Assembly (NCBI RefSeq): GCF_964355755.1
Contig: NC_092672.1
Location: forward strand, 26,852,437 to 26,916,436
Length of the DNA: 64,000 bases
Direction of reading: 5' to 3'
Source of the DNA: Antedon mediterranea
Taxonomy: Eukaryota; Animalia; Echinodermata
A program made the position numbers and the translations under genes. Under the pieces are notes generated by a model. The model ran no database searches, was not told where the DNA came from, and worked only from the letters and a program-made list of their open reading frames with translations. Every line of letters begins with the position of its first letter. Within the stretch, counting starts at the first letter, position 1. Positions 40,701 to 52,579 of the stretch are shown piece after piece.

Positions 40701-43700
40701 GTTCTCTTCTTAAAATTTAACCATATTTATGAGCCCATAAACTGATTGAAAGACCTAAATTACTCCTAGCCTAGGTTTGCTTGTAAGCACCCCTGCCCCC
40801 TCAAAATCATTCTAGGTCCTTGTCTGTTTAGAAGTCTCTTTAAAGTACAGTAGGACTTGATCATACCAAGTGTTTTACAGAAATTTATTGTATTATTATA
40901 AAGCATTTGAATAGGAACAAGAAATGTTGATACAAAATAAGTGTATCTTGATACAGTACGTTTCTTAAATTGTTCAGTGGATGGCTACAGTACTTTATTT
41001 ACAAAGAACAAATTTAGAGAATGCGCTTTGACCCAAGATTGTTGCTCGATCTTGACTGCATGTATTGCAAAATTGTTGTCTTGTTTTGTAATGTTATTGT
41101 TTTATGTACATTAAATATTTTATATATTTATTTTAATTAACTTTTTTGTATTTAATACTTAGACAATAAAATAGTTTTAATAACGTTTGGAATTTTTGTG
41201 AATTTTGTAAATTCATTGTTTTGCATAAATAAATGCTATCTTGGCTAAAAGGTTGAAAACTGAAAATATTTTATCTTTTTGTCATGCATTACTATGTAGC
41301 TTCATAGGACCTAGTGTGCATTTTATTATTTTGTACCATTCATTCTTGTCATGGGTTGGATGTTTCTCCATGTGCCTGTGTATTTTCTATGCAAATCATG
41401 GAGTAATCTGTGACATAAATTCTGAAATGAGGATTATATGAATTATATTATAAAATTGCACTCCATGATTGATTAAACTCTTAAATCAATTGGCTTTTCA
41501 TATCACTCCAAAGGATTAAAGGCATTTTGTGGCATTTCATGTCTGTACCAACAAGCAAAACTGGTTACCTGTTTTCTCTATCAGCCTTACTTGTAGATCA
41601 GTATAGTTAACTTGGACTTTGTAATTAATGTTTGAATTGAAAAGTTAATGATTGATATAAATGAGTACCGAGTGACCCAAGATGAATGATAATGCAATAA
41701 ATATTTGTCAAGGTATTTCAGAGACAGGTGAACTGTACAGACAGGACAATCAATTGATTAAATTCATAATAATCTCCCTACTGATTTTCGACTGCTCTTT
41801 TTTTGACTTGACTTCTTTATGCTTGTATCATGATAACTTTTTATAAGATTTTTATATGATATGTATAGTAGCTTTTTATATACACATATTTTATGCGATA
41901 TTGTTTTTTTTATTTACATGCAATTTGGCCACGAATATTTTATTCATTTTTTTTTTTTGGACAGAATTTAGATAATTACTCTGATGATGAAGATTGGGCG
42001 GACTTAATTGATAATATTGATGAGAGTCAAAGTTCATCTGATGAAATTGATGGAGCAGATATCAATGAAGGTTTTAAGTCAAAGCAATTTGTTTTATGTT
42101 TGAAGTCAGAATTTTTGTAGAAAGGTTTTATATCTGCCATCCCACCCCATGCAATAGTGTCAACTTGAAAAATCTGTAATGATTAACCATCTCAATACTA
42201 ACTCTATCACCAAATAAACGCAGTCATCTGCTATCACGTGTATTGCAAATTGCTTAATACCTCATAGTGTATCCAGTGCACAATGTGTGAGCCCATCAGC
42301 GTCACATCACCAAACCATGAGCAAGAACAAATTTTTATTACTATTATTATTACAAATTATTATAAACAATTTGAATAGTAGGGCCTATAGTATAAATAGT
42401 ATAACATTGGATTACAGTTAATATTAAATGAGTAGAGTTGTTTAATAACTTAGTTCTGATCTAACTTGTTGAGATCATAAGGTTCAATTAAATTGTGTAA
42501 GATTTATGGTGACCATAAGGCTTCACAGGTCTTGCAGGTCACTAATTTATGATTTCTTTGTTTTCAATTTCTGCACTTTAGCCAAACAACGAAAGATTGA
42601 ACTTAAGAAAGCACTACAAGCGAAGCGAGCCAACTTAACTCCACAAGAGTATCAACAAATGATAGCAAATCACAAACAAGAGATGCAGTTGATGGAAATG
42701 CTTCGACAGAAAGAGCTTGACAGACAGAAGAACAGTCTTGCCTCAAAGGTTGCAGATAGAAAGAAGAAACGAATGGAAAGGCAGAAAGAAAAAATGCAAA
42801 AACAACTTTTATCAGAGGTAAGTAAACATGTTGTCTTTTTTTGTTGACGACACGCCAAACAATGCATACTCAATTGTTTTTGAGAACGCACAGAATGATT
42901 TCCTGACTCAGCAGTGTAGTCAAGTGGCACATTTTGACAACAAAATGTCGATATTAAGGATCTCTACAGTATCAAACTAGTTCGATAAAAAAAGTGTGAT
43001 GTGCCAAAATAATGTAGTGATATGATGTCATCTTGTTCATATTGGTACATCACATTTTTTTGTCACATGAAGTTTGATAGTGTAGACAGAGCTTAACACT
43101 TAACAAAAATGTTGTTTGGGTCTGTTGATTGGGAGATGAACAGATAGTCTGCGAGTGTCCACCTCTAGAACAGAATTTCCTAGAAGCTGGATTTGCCTCT
43201 GAATCTCTCAATTCTTGTATGAGGTGAGGATTGCACTTTATACTTGAAAATATTTTTAATTCTTCAAATTTATTTGCATCCACCAGTAAAATTGACCATC
43301 GAATCCAACTAACCACATATTTCCAATTACCAAGTAAATGTATTTTTTTTTGTCAGAACGCAACTACAGAGAATGAGCAGTCACAGACACCTACCAACAA
43401 TGCTCAGCAGTCAGAGATGGACAATCTAAAGCTACATGTCCTAACACAATCAAATATTGAGTTAGAAGCAGAAATAAACCAGCGTAATAAAGAGTTTGAA
43501 GAACACATGCAAAATGTACGGCCTCTGATTTCTGAGAAGGAGTATCGCAAACTACTGTTGCAGCATAAGGCACAGGTCAGTGCTCAATCAAGAAAACTGG
43601 AGATTGGTAGAGATAACCAACGTATACATTTAATGGAAAAGTTGGCTCGAAGATCAAAGAGAAAGTTATCCGCAGAAAAAGAGGTAAGAAGGCAGCTGTG

Positions 43701-46700
43701 TTCAATTTATTTTTATGGATTTGCTTTTTTTAACAGGTTTAAAAAATATCTTCTGTATGTTTGTTGTTATTCTGGAAGCTGCTGGTGTAAGAGATAGAAA
43801 GATAGAATTGTTAGTTCCTTACACTTAAAAGTTAACTTTTAGTTCTTTTTATTTTGTCTTAAAATAAAAAAAAAATTAGTGCAAATATTTCACAATCCTA
43901 AACAATATTAGCATGCATCAGATAATTTTTTGCATCCTTCAATAAATATGACTAAATGCTTTAAAAAATATATTTTTGCTTATATAGCCAGGTATACTTT
44001 GCTTGAACAATCTAAATATCTATTTACAAGACATTGTACGTTTCATGTCAGATTATACTGCTACTATTTGATCTGATTGATTTAAAATCTAAAATCGACT
44101 AATTAAAAAGATAGAATTGTTTTCATTTTGACACTAGAATGAGCAACCTCTAAAGTCTGAAGAAGTGAAAGAACTTCAACTGGCTTTGAATACCAAAGAT
44201 GTAGAGTTTAGAAAGCAGTTAACACGGACCAAGTCAACCATGACAAGTGAAGCAGCTGAACAAATGATCAAGGAACATAAACAAGAAATGCAACAGTATC
44301 AACATCAGTTGGAAAAAGAAAGAAGCAACATGCAGAATGACCTGATGGATAGGCTTAATCTACGAATGAATAATGATGTGGTAATTAATACCTTTATATA
44401 GATAACCATAGTTAACCTTGTCATTATCTGTGTTCCAGGGTTTGGCCAAACCCCTTTTTGCTGAAGTGCCCGTTTAGACTAGAGACAATAGCAGCGGAGA
44501 CGAGGGTATATACACAGTAAAGTGTGCTATCTTTAAATAGTTATTGTCTGCTGAGTTTTGAGTCTTGTTACATACATGGTTCGAACCTTATCAATGTAAT
44601 AGTACGTCTAGGTCGTAACTTCTAAATATCATTATAGCTGACTTTGCACAGACTTTTCTGTAGTGATTTAGTTATTTATTACATTTTCAATTATTTTGTA
44701 CTTGTACTTTGTTTTTAACTGAAAATTACACATATGAAATCATGATCTATTTTACTGTTTGATAATTTGATCTACCATATTGTCAGTCATTAGTCATTCT
44801 TCGCAATACAATACTCTGGCAATATTGTTTTTTCTCTATTAGATCGAAGGAAGCAGTATTTTTTCAATGGAAGACCTAAAACAGCTACAACTATGCATTG
44901 ATGCCATGTCTCAAACTGCAAACGATGACATTAAAAAACAGAAGAAAAATTTGACAAATGATGAATTCAATCAACTATTGACAAAACAGAGAAATGAGAA
45001 CGAAGCGTATCAAAAGCAGCTAGAGATCGAAAAGATAAAGACGAATGAGTTGCTGAAGAGAAGGATAATTGCAAAAAAGTATAAAATGAAGTCTGCAAAT
45101 TCTATGATTGAGGTACAGTAGTAGTAGTAGTACTTACTGTACTGTAAAATTCATATTGTTGCTCTACACGTACAATAGGGACTTTATGAAACAGGACGGT
45201 TAGAGGAGGATGAGGAAAATTCTGTGTTTGCTAGAGCGTAACATAAACAGTCAACTTTATTACTTAGCACCCTTGCGCGAAGATGGCGACGACTAGCAGT
45301 TTTTCCTCTCTCCCTCCCTGTCTCGCGGCAAAAATGAAACCTGCATTATCCATTGAGACTAACTTTGTCCCATAAGACATACAGTACATTGTCCCCTGAG
45401 ACCTGCATTGTCTTATGAGACCAGCATGGCCTCATAAGAACAACATTTTCACATGAGACTAACATTGTCCCATAAAACTTGCATTCTCCCATGAGACCAA
45501 CATTATGGAATCTACATTAGAAAGACATTTTGAATTTTGGTATCTCTTTAGTTGAAACACATGTGATACAGCAATTTCAGGGTTACATTAAACAGTACAA
45601 TAGTCTAATAATATGTTGAATTACTTAAGTTAAGAACTGACTCACCAAATCAGCCTCATTCAATTTAAGTATTACTGTATATTTTGAAACTAATTTTATT
45701 TTCATTTATTAGTGGGAAAATGTTATTGGTGCAGCAACAAGCCAAGATGTTCAAGAACTGGAAGTGGAGCTTCAACATTGCAAAGATGTTTGGGAAAAAG
45801 ACAAAAAGGAAAAGAAGTCAATCATGTCAAAAGATGAGTATGATGCATTGATGAAGCAACACCAAGAGGAAGTTGAACGTCTGGAGAAGAGGCTAAGCCG
45901 ACAAAGAGATGCGCAACGTCAGCATTTACTTGATAAGTTGGCAGAGAGAAGAGCAAGAAAAGATAAGGTTTGTGATTTAAATTAAATATTTTGTGTCAAG
46001 CAGACATGTCTGCAATTAATTTGCAATTCCAAGGTAGAAGAAAGCTTGTTTTTCACTAGGATGTATTACAAAGACAATGTACACAAGTAATTAAGGTCTA
46101 ATGTAAAGCACCTAGAGGGGTCATTGATCCATTAGGCGCTATATAAATACTGTTTATTATTATTATTAATCATAAGCAGTGTATCATATGAACTGTTACT
46201 TTATGATTCTTCAAATTACTTGTGTTTTGTGTAAGCCCTTTATTTTGCATCCCAGTGAGAACCATGCATCAAAGATGTTGATATTCTTAAAGGACAATAG
46301 AAATATGAGCTTTGATAAAGGAAAAAACGAATACTATAAACATTATAACAAACCCTGAAGTTGTGATTTTTATTTAGCTTCACAAATGCCAGAAAATGAC
46401 TTTATTGTATACTGCATCGCGACCGTATCGCTAGCCAATGAGTTGACCTTTCCATCTCATTAACCTTTGTGCCTGTGACGTCACGCTAGCGACACGCTTT
46501 TCAACAACGCTGTCAAAGCCCACGCACATAATACAATAATAGTGTAGTATTAACACACGATGGACTCGCCGATAGATAGCGATCAAGAAATACCTGATTT
46601 AGAAATTAAGCCGTATCAATTCGAGCCATTATCTAAAAAAAGAAAGGCTGTTGTGCTGTCTTCATCAGATGATAGTGAAAGGGATAGTGAAGACGACGAT

Positions 46701-49700
46701 GTTCTTTTGGAACATAACAATGAGAGAGTCGGCAACACTTTATTGGCATGTTAATTTGAAGTTTAGATTTACTTTTTATGTCTTATTAATATATGTGTGG
46801 TTTTCCCCCTGAGAACCATAGCACCATTGGTGGAATACAACATATATTTATTATTATGGTTTTAGATAAAAAAAAAAATCTTTTTTGCGATCATGGCAAT
46901 AACTCTATCAGGTAAATATGTGTTACATGTTTTTTAAAACTTGGATCTTAACAGTATATTTTATTTCCAGAATGCAATGGCGATGACTGCTGACGAGGTG
47001 AAAGAAATGCAGTTAGCAATTGCTGGTAAAGATGTGTCGTTTAAAGCTGAACTAAAGGTCATCAAAGATCACACATCGAAAGAAGAAATACAAAAATATA
47101 TTAATCAACATAAAGAAGATATGAACAACTTCCAACGACAGCTGGATGTTGAGCGAGAAAAGATGAAGGAGAAGCTTTTGGAAAAAGTAACAGCAAGGCA
47201 AAGAAAAGGCTTGGTAATATAGTTTAATTTTTTTTTTTTATCATAAACCTGCTTTGCCAGGAGCTGTGTTCTTTTTAGAATGTCCTTTATGCCTTTACAT
47301 CATAGTCTAACACAAAAATGTTTTGTTTGTCCTTTAGAACCTCTCAATAATACATTTACAAAAAGCTCACTTTTGTAAATTTTCTCTCTCTTTCAAAAAA
47401 ACCCACATATTTCAAGAGTTAAAGGAAAATAAAAATGTTTATTATTGTTATAATAGACCATAACAGTTGTATACAGCATAATATCATTGTATAAATCAAA
47501 GTTACACACAAGAAAAGACTTTGATTCTGATTTGATATCTATGTTTCATTGTTTTGTTTTAGTCCAATGAAGATGAAAGCCTAACACAAGAAGAAATCAA
47601 ACAGGCACAGGTTGCATTGGATGAGCGTAACACTGTCTTTCAGGAGAACGTCAAAGAGACAAGATCAGCTCTCACATCTGCAGAATACCAGAGTCTTCTA
47701 GATAATCATGTGGCAGAACAGCGACTCCTGCAGGATCATCTGGATAGAGAAAGAGAAAAAATGAATGCTTCTTTTAGAGAGAAGCTGCAAAAGCGCTACA
47801 CAAGAACTAAGCATTCAGAGTATCAAGTAAGTTGTTGTAAAGTTGACTCTTCCAATACTGGACTCCCAAATCTTCCTCTTTACTTATAAAAACACATTTA
47901 GAGTACTAGAATTTTATATTTAGCCCAGTTCAAAAGTGTTGAGAATTGGGAGAGTTGACTAACTAGCAAGGTTTTTGTCTATATGTCATGCTTGCAAAAA
48001 TAGTGCGTCATTTCAAACTCCTGATAAATGGTCTTGGATGCCACTACTAATAGATGACATTGAAAATCAAAATAATTTGATTATCATTACAACATTTTTT
48101 AGAATGCTACTTATATCAAAACTCAAATTGAAACTGAACGTGCTAATTTTGAGAAACATAGAAAAACAGACATGACTGAAGAAGAATATCAACAACTGTT
48201 AAAACAACATGATGAAGAGATGACGAGGTAATTAGTACTACAGTACATTTGTCAGATTTTTATTTTTATTTCTTTTTTAGCATTCAACATTTTTATATTA
48301 TATTTTTTTATCATCAAACATACTATATGGTCCATAGGTTGAGAAAAATATGATTTACCACAGAGAATTATTTGTGAGTGGGTCATTAAGGCATCTGCCT
48401 TTTAAAAAAGAAAAAGTACACAGAAAAAAACTGATCATGTATATAAATGTTAATATATACTGGTGCATGGTAATTATGATAATACAGTAGACAGGCAGTA
48501 GTCGAATCTTATGGGACTTGTATTACTGGAATTACTTTGGATTTGTAAATGAAAATTGAAGCTTCTACTCTCTTTCTCCTTTCCCTCATTCTCCCTTGTT
48601 TCCATTTTATCTAAATTATTATGATAAAGTCTTGTTTTTACCCCCAGATTACAAGGTTTGCTGGATTCATCTTTAGACAGACAGAAACTTAACATGATGG
48701 ACAAGTTAGAAGCTAGAAGACGGAAAAAAGCAATGCTTACTGCTGAAGAAACAGAAAAACGAAGATTACTTTTACTGCTGGTATATTTTTAAACTAAATC
48801 TTAAATCCTAAATGATAATATTACATGGACGATGCTGTGTGCATTGCATTTGCTTCAAATATTATTAGAAAAAGTTTCTGAAGCAAAAATATTGAGAATT
48901 TGTGGAAGAAGAAGATTGTCAAATTAAAATGTGTAAGAACATAAACCATCAAACTTAGCTTGAAGATAAAACCATTTGAAAAAATAAAGAAAAGACCAGA
49001 TTCACATAAATAAATTGTCCTTGAATCAAAGGTCACTCTTTAAACATCATTTCATTTCTTACATTAGGAAAGAGATAACATCACTTTAGAAGAAATTGAG
49101 CAAGTAATTGACGACATTGAAGATTATGAAATAGCTGCACAAGAACAACTAGATGAAAAGGAAACAACAGTTTCAGAGGAAGAGTACAAGACACTGCTTG
49201 CCAAACATCAGAAAGACATGGAAGAATTCCAAGCCAAACTAGACGAACAGAAGAAACGCATGGGAGATAAGTTAGCAGCTAGAATAGCAGCGAGGTCTGT
49301 GATCCAGTCAGAGTTACAAGATGATGAGGAACAGATGGAAGAGGTAGACAATAATGTATAATATTAATTATGTAGGCCAGGTCTAAAATGATCTGGTAAA
49401 AATGCTTTATTCAAGCATTTGCTTTTGGTTGTCTTCAGTTGAAGGAAAATGTCTATACATAAAAATGAGAGAGAGATTGATTATTGATATGCTTGTAAAA
49501 CAACATTCTGTTTTTCTCAATTCCTTTTTAACTAAATATGAGACCTACAGTACACTAGGTGATAACCAAATCATGTAAAGTGTCATATAATTGTACTGGT
49601 TTGAAGATGGGCAGGGAAACTCCATCTTTAAACTCTTCAACTGAGCCTAGAGGTTTTAAGGCCAAGAAACCTCTGTTAATCTCTGCTGTTTCTCATCCAT

Positions 49701-52565
49701 CCTTAACTCCCATCCCAGGCTCCATTACATTCCTAATCATAGAGATCTTAAAACAATGAATAATTGTTGTTTCTTGACAGTTTGCTGTGTTAGAGAGTTC
49801 AGTTGATGTGAGTGTACTCGCAACGAAAACTCAGCTGTGGACAACTCCTGTACAGTCTAAAGCACTTGTTGTGGTTCCTTTGCCAGAAGAATATCCAGTA
49901 AGGAAAAAGAAAGAACTCTATACCGATCCTTCAATCTTTAGAGATATAGATACACATGCAATTAAGGTAAGATTGGGACAACCCTTTAAAAGGTACCAAG
50001 ACAATTTAGGACCAATGGCTAAGCTCACAAACCACTTGATTCTTGAGTGCTGTATCACACAAATTTCCTATTATACTGGAGAAATCTAGATACAGTACCA
50101 AGAATCAGGTGCAGAAATTATGTATTAATGACATATATGCTACTAAAATATTTCTAGTGGACCAAAACCACTTTTAGCCAAATTATGATAGCCAGCCACA
50201 CCTTCAATATATATATTGTAATGTAGTATGTAGAACAAGAATTATTATGTCTCAATAAAAAACTTATACTTATACAAGCGAGTCCAAGTCATCAATAGCA
50301 TCCACACAACATTACCCAATGTTTAGAGATTAGATAAATTTACATGCAAGTAGTTGAATTTTGAAAGGGATGTTAGATTGAATACAGCATCAGCGCACCA
50401 TCATCCATACTGTTAATGTTTCAAAAGTTTAGTTTACGAATAAAATATATAATTTCTTTTATAATGTAGCTTGCTCAAACTGGTAGCCTTGTGATGTACC
50501 CGACATTTTCTGCTTTAGTTAATGAACTAATGCGAATTGGTACGAGTGAGCTTGAGAAGGCACGACTTGCATTCCGATGGATTACAGCACAGAATTGTGA
50601 TGAGATGGATTTGAGTGAGGTTGTGGATGATACTCCTCTTGGTGTTCTTAAAGGGATCTACTTCCACAAGATCACCTTCTCTACATTGTTCATGAGGATG
50701 TGTAGGTATGATACAGTAATTTTTTGCTTCTCACACATTTGTTGTATTTGTTGGGGGTTTTTATAATAGATATTTAAACTACTAAAGAGTCAACTGGGTA
50801 CCAGAGATGTGAACAGAGTAGGGACTCAATTAACTTATGACAATAAAAGGATTGTACATACATTTTATACCTTTTTTTTTTGTATGCACCACACACTTTA
50901 TACAAATTTCAACAGCTATAACCAGTGGAGCAGTAGCTTTCAACTATGAAGTTTGAAGTTTTGAAAAAAATGTCAATTGCCAATTTACATAGAAGGATTG
51001 TTTGTAGAATGTGCTTGCATTGATAAGCTCAAACATGCTGTAATGTAGGAGTGTTCATGGCTGCCACAGCTTTAAAGTGATATATTTATGAAGATTATTA
51101 TTTATTAACAATTTTAATTTGTTTTAAATTTTATTTTTTCAGGTTTATTGGGCTGAGGTGTGTTGAAATCAATGGTTGTGCAAAGTTCAAAGGTTACAAA
51201 CCAGGCATGTATATCTCTTCTTTAGACCAAGACTTTCAACACACTTGGAATGCTATCAGAATTGATGGTCACTGGCACTTTGTTGACTGCAATTGGGGTG
51301 TGTCACACATCGCTGACTCCGTAACCTTTGACCCTTTCAGATTTGAATATGATGAGCATTACTTTCTGGCTGACCCAGAGGTTATAATTGCTACTCATTT
51401 CCCAAGTGAAGTTGCTTGGCAGCTAGTACCTCAACCTTTGACATTACAACAGTATAATGCTGGTGTTGTTTTAAAGCCAGATTTTTTCAAATATAACTTT
51501 GGGTTGCTAAATTTTCACCAGGCTGTGATTCCCTTAAAAACTGGTGACTTGGATTTACATGTAGGTCATCCTTCAGGATTTATTCTTTCATGCAAGGTTA
51601 CATCAGTAGATAAAGGAAAAAACACAACATCGAAAGGAGTGAACTTTGACCAGTTTGTGTTTGTTCATCAAGTTGAAGAAAATCAGATGAGTATTTACAT
51701 TCGCTTCCCTGAGATTGGTAAATACTACCTAGTTATTTATGCAAAGAAACAATACGTTGATGGTCAAGTCAATATAGAAACGGAGACGGAAATATGCCGA
51801 TATCAAGTGATCTGCGAAGTCCCTAGTGTTGATCGATACCCGTTACCCCGCTCACCTGTTGATCACTGGGGACCGATTGGTGTAGGAAACGCAGGGCTTG
51901 AACCATTCACTCATAGAACTGCTGTCATTGTATCCAATGGTCAGTCAGTAACTATCGGATTTAAATTCTCTCAGCATCTGTTTTTCCAGCATGAACTAAC
52001 TTGCCAAGAGGAGAAATCAAATGTGCTACACTCTTACATCATGCATCGTAAATTTAACGGTAATGTCTTGTTCACGATAACGCCACCACATTCGTCTCGT
52101 TTTGGTGTGAACATCTACATCATATATCCCAATGATCCCCAGCAACAGAAGATTCACCTTTGTAGTTATCTTGTAGTTGCCAATTCAGGCAAACAAACTG
52201 ACGTTTTACCAATACCCGATACCGATGTACACTGGGGAGAAACAAGAGCATTTGGTAATCTAGGGTTGTCTTCTGTCAGCCATCCAGATCCTTTTGTCAT
52301 CGTACAATCTGGTGATACACTTCGTATTGATCTTGGTGTAAGTCAACCTGTTTTTGCAAAACATGTACTTCATCACTATTCAGAAACCTTGGATTGTAGT
52401 GACCTTACCGCGTCTACGTATGGCCAGTCAACGAAGGGGAAAATAACGTTTCTGCTCCATCTACCCAAAAAGGGATATTATGTTTTCAAAATTTTAGGCT
52501 CAGATAATAATTCAACTGATTTTCCTATGACACTATGCTTTGTTTACCTTATCAAAAAGTGTTAA
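28732..52565 (+). CDS. Hillarin/kyphoscoliosis-peptidase (KY)-like protein with N-terminal MGxxxS motif, 9 helical repeats, transglutaminase-like domain and 3 Ig-like domains, about 1560 aa
   Basis: Exons: 28732-28944, 35229-35378, 41965-42070, 42582-42817, 43357-43683, 44138-44380, 44843-45112, 45713-45967, 46971-47213, 47563-47826, 48103-48227, 48648-48780, 49068-49343, 49781-49966, 50470-50705, 51143-52565. All are GT-AG, phase-consistent and stop-free. KY/hillarin motifs: IDTHAIK, ELEKARLAFRWIT, LFMRMCR..GLRCVEINGCAK..GYKPG, HTWNAIRIDGHWHFVDCNWG, YDEHYFLADPE...HFP...WQL. The part from 41965 onward is firm; linking the first two coding exons to it is inferred from phase. Confidence 0.85.
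29090..29290 (+). repeat. Short interspersed repeat, second copy at about 45175-45330
   Basis: Shared AATAGGGACTTTAYGAAACA...GCTAGAGCGTAA...CCCTTGCG.GAAGA...CTCTCTCCCTCCC. Confidence 0.6.
30145..30730. mobile_element. Kolobok-like MITE family copy
   Basis: TTAA|AGTCCCATTCCCTAC...GTAGGGAAATGGGTAT|TTAA. Confidence 0.78.
30790..31850 (-). mobile_element. Degenerate 5'-truncated LINE (CR1/L2-like RT fragment)
   Basis: ORF 31597-31818 ALQDDLDHINTWADNQMIFNASKTKVMHV...KYLGVILDSRLSWSNHV is typical non-LTR RT; continues with frameshifts. Confidence 0.85.
32405..33140. mobile_element. MITE with about 180-bp imperfect TIRs
   Basis: 32405-32582 is the reverse complement of about 32922-33140 (TTTTGTCTCATGTGACATTGGTAA / TTACCAATGTCACATGAGACAAAA; AAAACTTTTGACATGAT / ATCATGTCAAAAGTTTT). 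Confidence 0.75.
33405..34244. mobile_element. P-superfamily-like MITE
   Basis: TIR CAAAGAATATATATCACAAGAATGAGTA.TCCGCGATTTT; 7-bp TSD CTTCAAT (33398-33404, 34245-34251); empty site visible at about 32214-32220. Confidence 0.85.
35399..35808. mobile_element. P-superfamily-like MITE
   Basis: Perfect 32-bp TIR CAAAGAACTTATAACACAAGAATCTCCTGTTC; 7-bp TSD GTTATAT (35392-35398, 35809-35815); internal tandem duplication of about 85 bp. Confidence 0.88.
36150..37785 (+). mobile_element. Interspersed repeat (possibly Helitron/Helentron-derived), copy 2
   Basis: Colinear with 24210-26102; begins ATCTATATATTAATGC. Confidence 0.7.
37140..37756. mobile_element. Kolobok-like MITE, full copy
   Basis: TTAA|AGACACCTTCCATACA...TGTAGGGAAGGTGTCT|TTAA; the paralogous site at about 26076-26090 has a single TTAA. 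Confidence 0.88.
38370..40370 (+). CDS. Mab21/cGAS-like receptor (cGLR) nucleotidyltransferase, single exon, 666 aa
   Basis: Uninterrupted ORF. NTase signature G60-S61...D71-x-D73 (VGSCNESVCCIADEDVMF) and third acid D172 (LLLDTVSCLKC..W.WP). Mab21 motifs HGPA, EWRLSFSVAEKEL, CSYFIKTACFWMCE, LPHYFI..QNLI, followed by a roughly 300-aa helical C-terminal extension. AATAAA at 40412-40417. Confidence 0.92.
   Translation: MVVIIKPSQDDIDAFVNDDLKRSNILRNRPTTILNLKVKQKLQDVATRKLQLQNKTYLVGSCNESVCCIADEDVMFNNISYHPIVLWSFEPEKKFHKGGYVIAEQKPNDPAYLTLKVNQPLQSVSVAVQNGYLIPDIFKALNRKILFENEAIKSIHGPAVELINVNNKLLLDTVSCLKCQSWSWPLHSTSFFTRERLNNWPTQEILRKIYKLDCLVVGVGHPTSKSKEIEWRLSFSVAEKELCYELSEPFFECMFILKTIKAAKKLLLSESDSPTPFCSYFIKTACFWMCETFPPTGHSTVDLVRKTLDWLIKCYEDMYLPHYFISHQNLIGHLSRKCCEEMKVALNEVKKDICMNYLKSIGLSGYHSNKHMPLPVRKELQDPKTYLMMTSFRHKLESHRPIMEEIVNQFQQAIFTNMYFIIFHNIIQTDVCTDFDPFEILNLKLEDIILHVLKTVPNIYKKIYKHSLYCSLGDAYTGLLRYLQSRPTGINLHDYLNKPLEFYEKGSEVVYPDGWSDQGIGTQINVIKYYYLMNDEEKLKEMLAKFEPVLHKVKENKDVMIRLIKVVVFFSHINAFSWGIIDKDLYDISRGYATIPINPIVFIFYVTAKISLKEGDIYSAYANLNEIQSLTIPYLDQEVTKLLIKILERLLANCLYKFWLLFSSGR
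42960..43092. mobile_element. About 125-bp palindromic MITE, copy 2
   Basis: Similar to 693-815 with TCTACA.TATCAAACT...AGTTTGATAGTGTAGA ends. Confidence 0.7.
45340..45505. repeat. About 21-bp minisatellite
   Basis: Units like GAGACTAACATTGTCCCATAA. Confidence 0.75.
46291..46754 (+). mobile_element. Kolobok element end carrying the 5' fragment of a KolX / P2X7-C-terminus-like gene
   Basis: TTAA|AGGACA... end at 46287-46291. ORF 46560-46754 has IKPYQFEP, an acidic tract and ERVGNT, and breaks before the expected WCxCGxC cluster. Confidence 0.6.
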
Positions 52566-52579
52566 AAATTTATGTAAGA

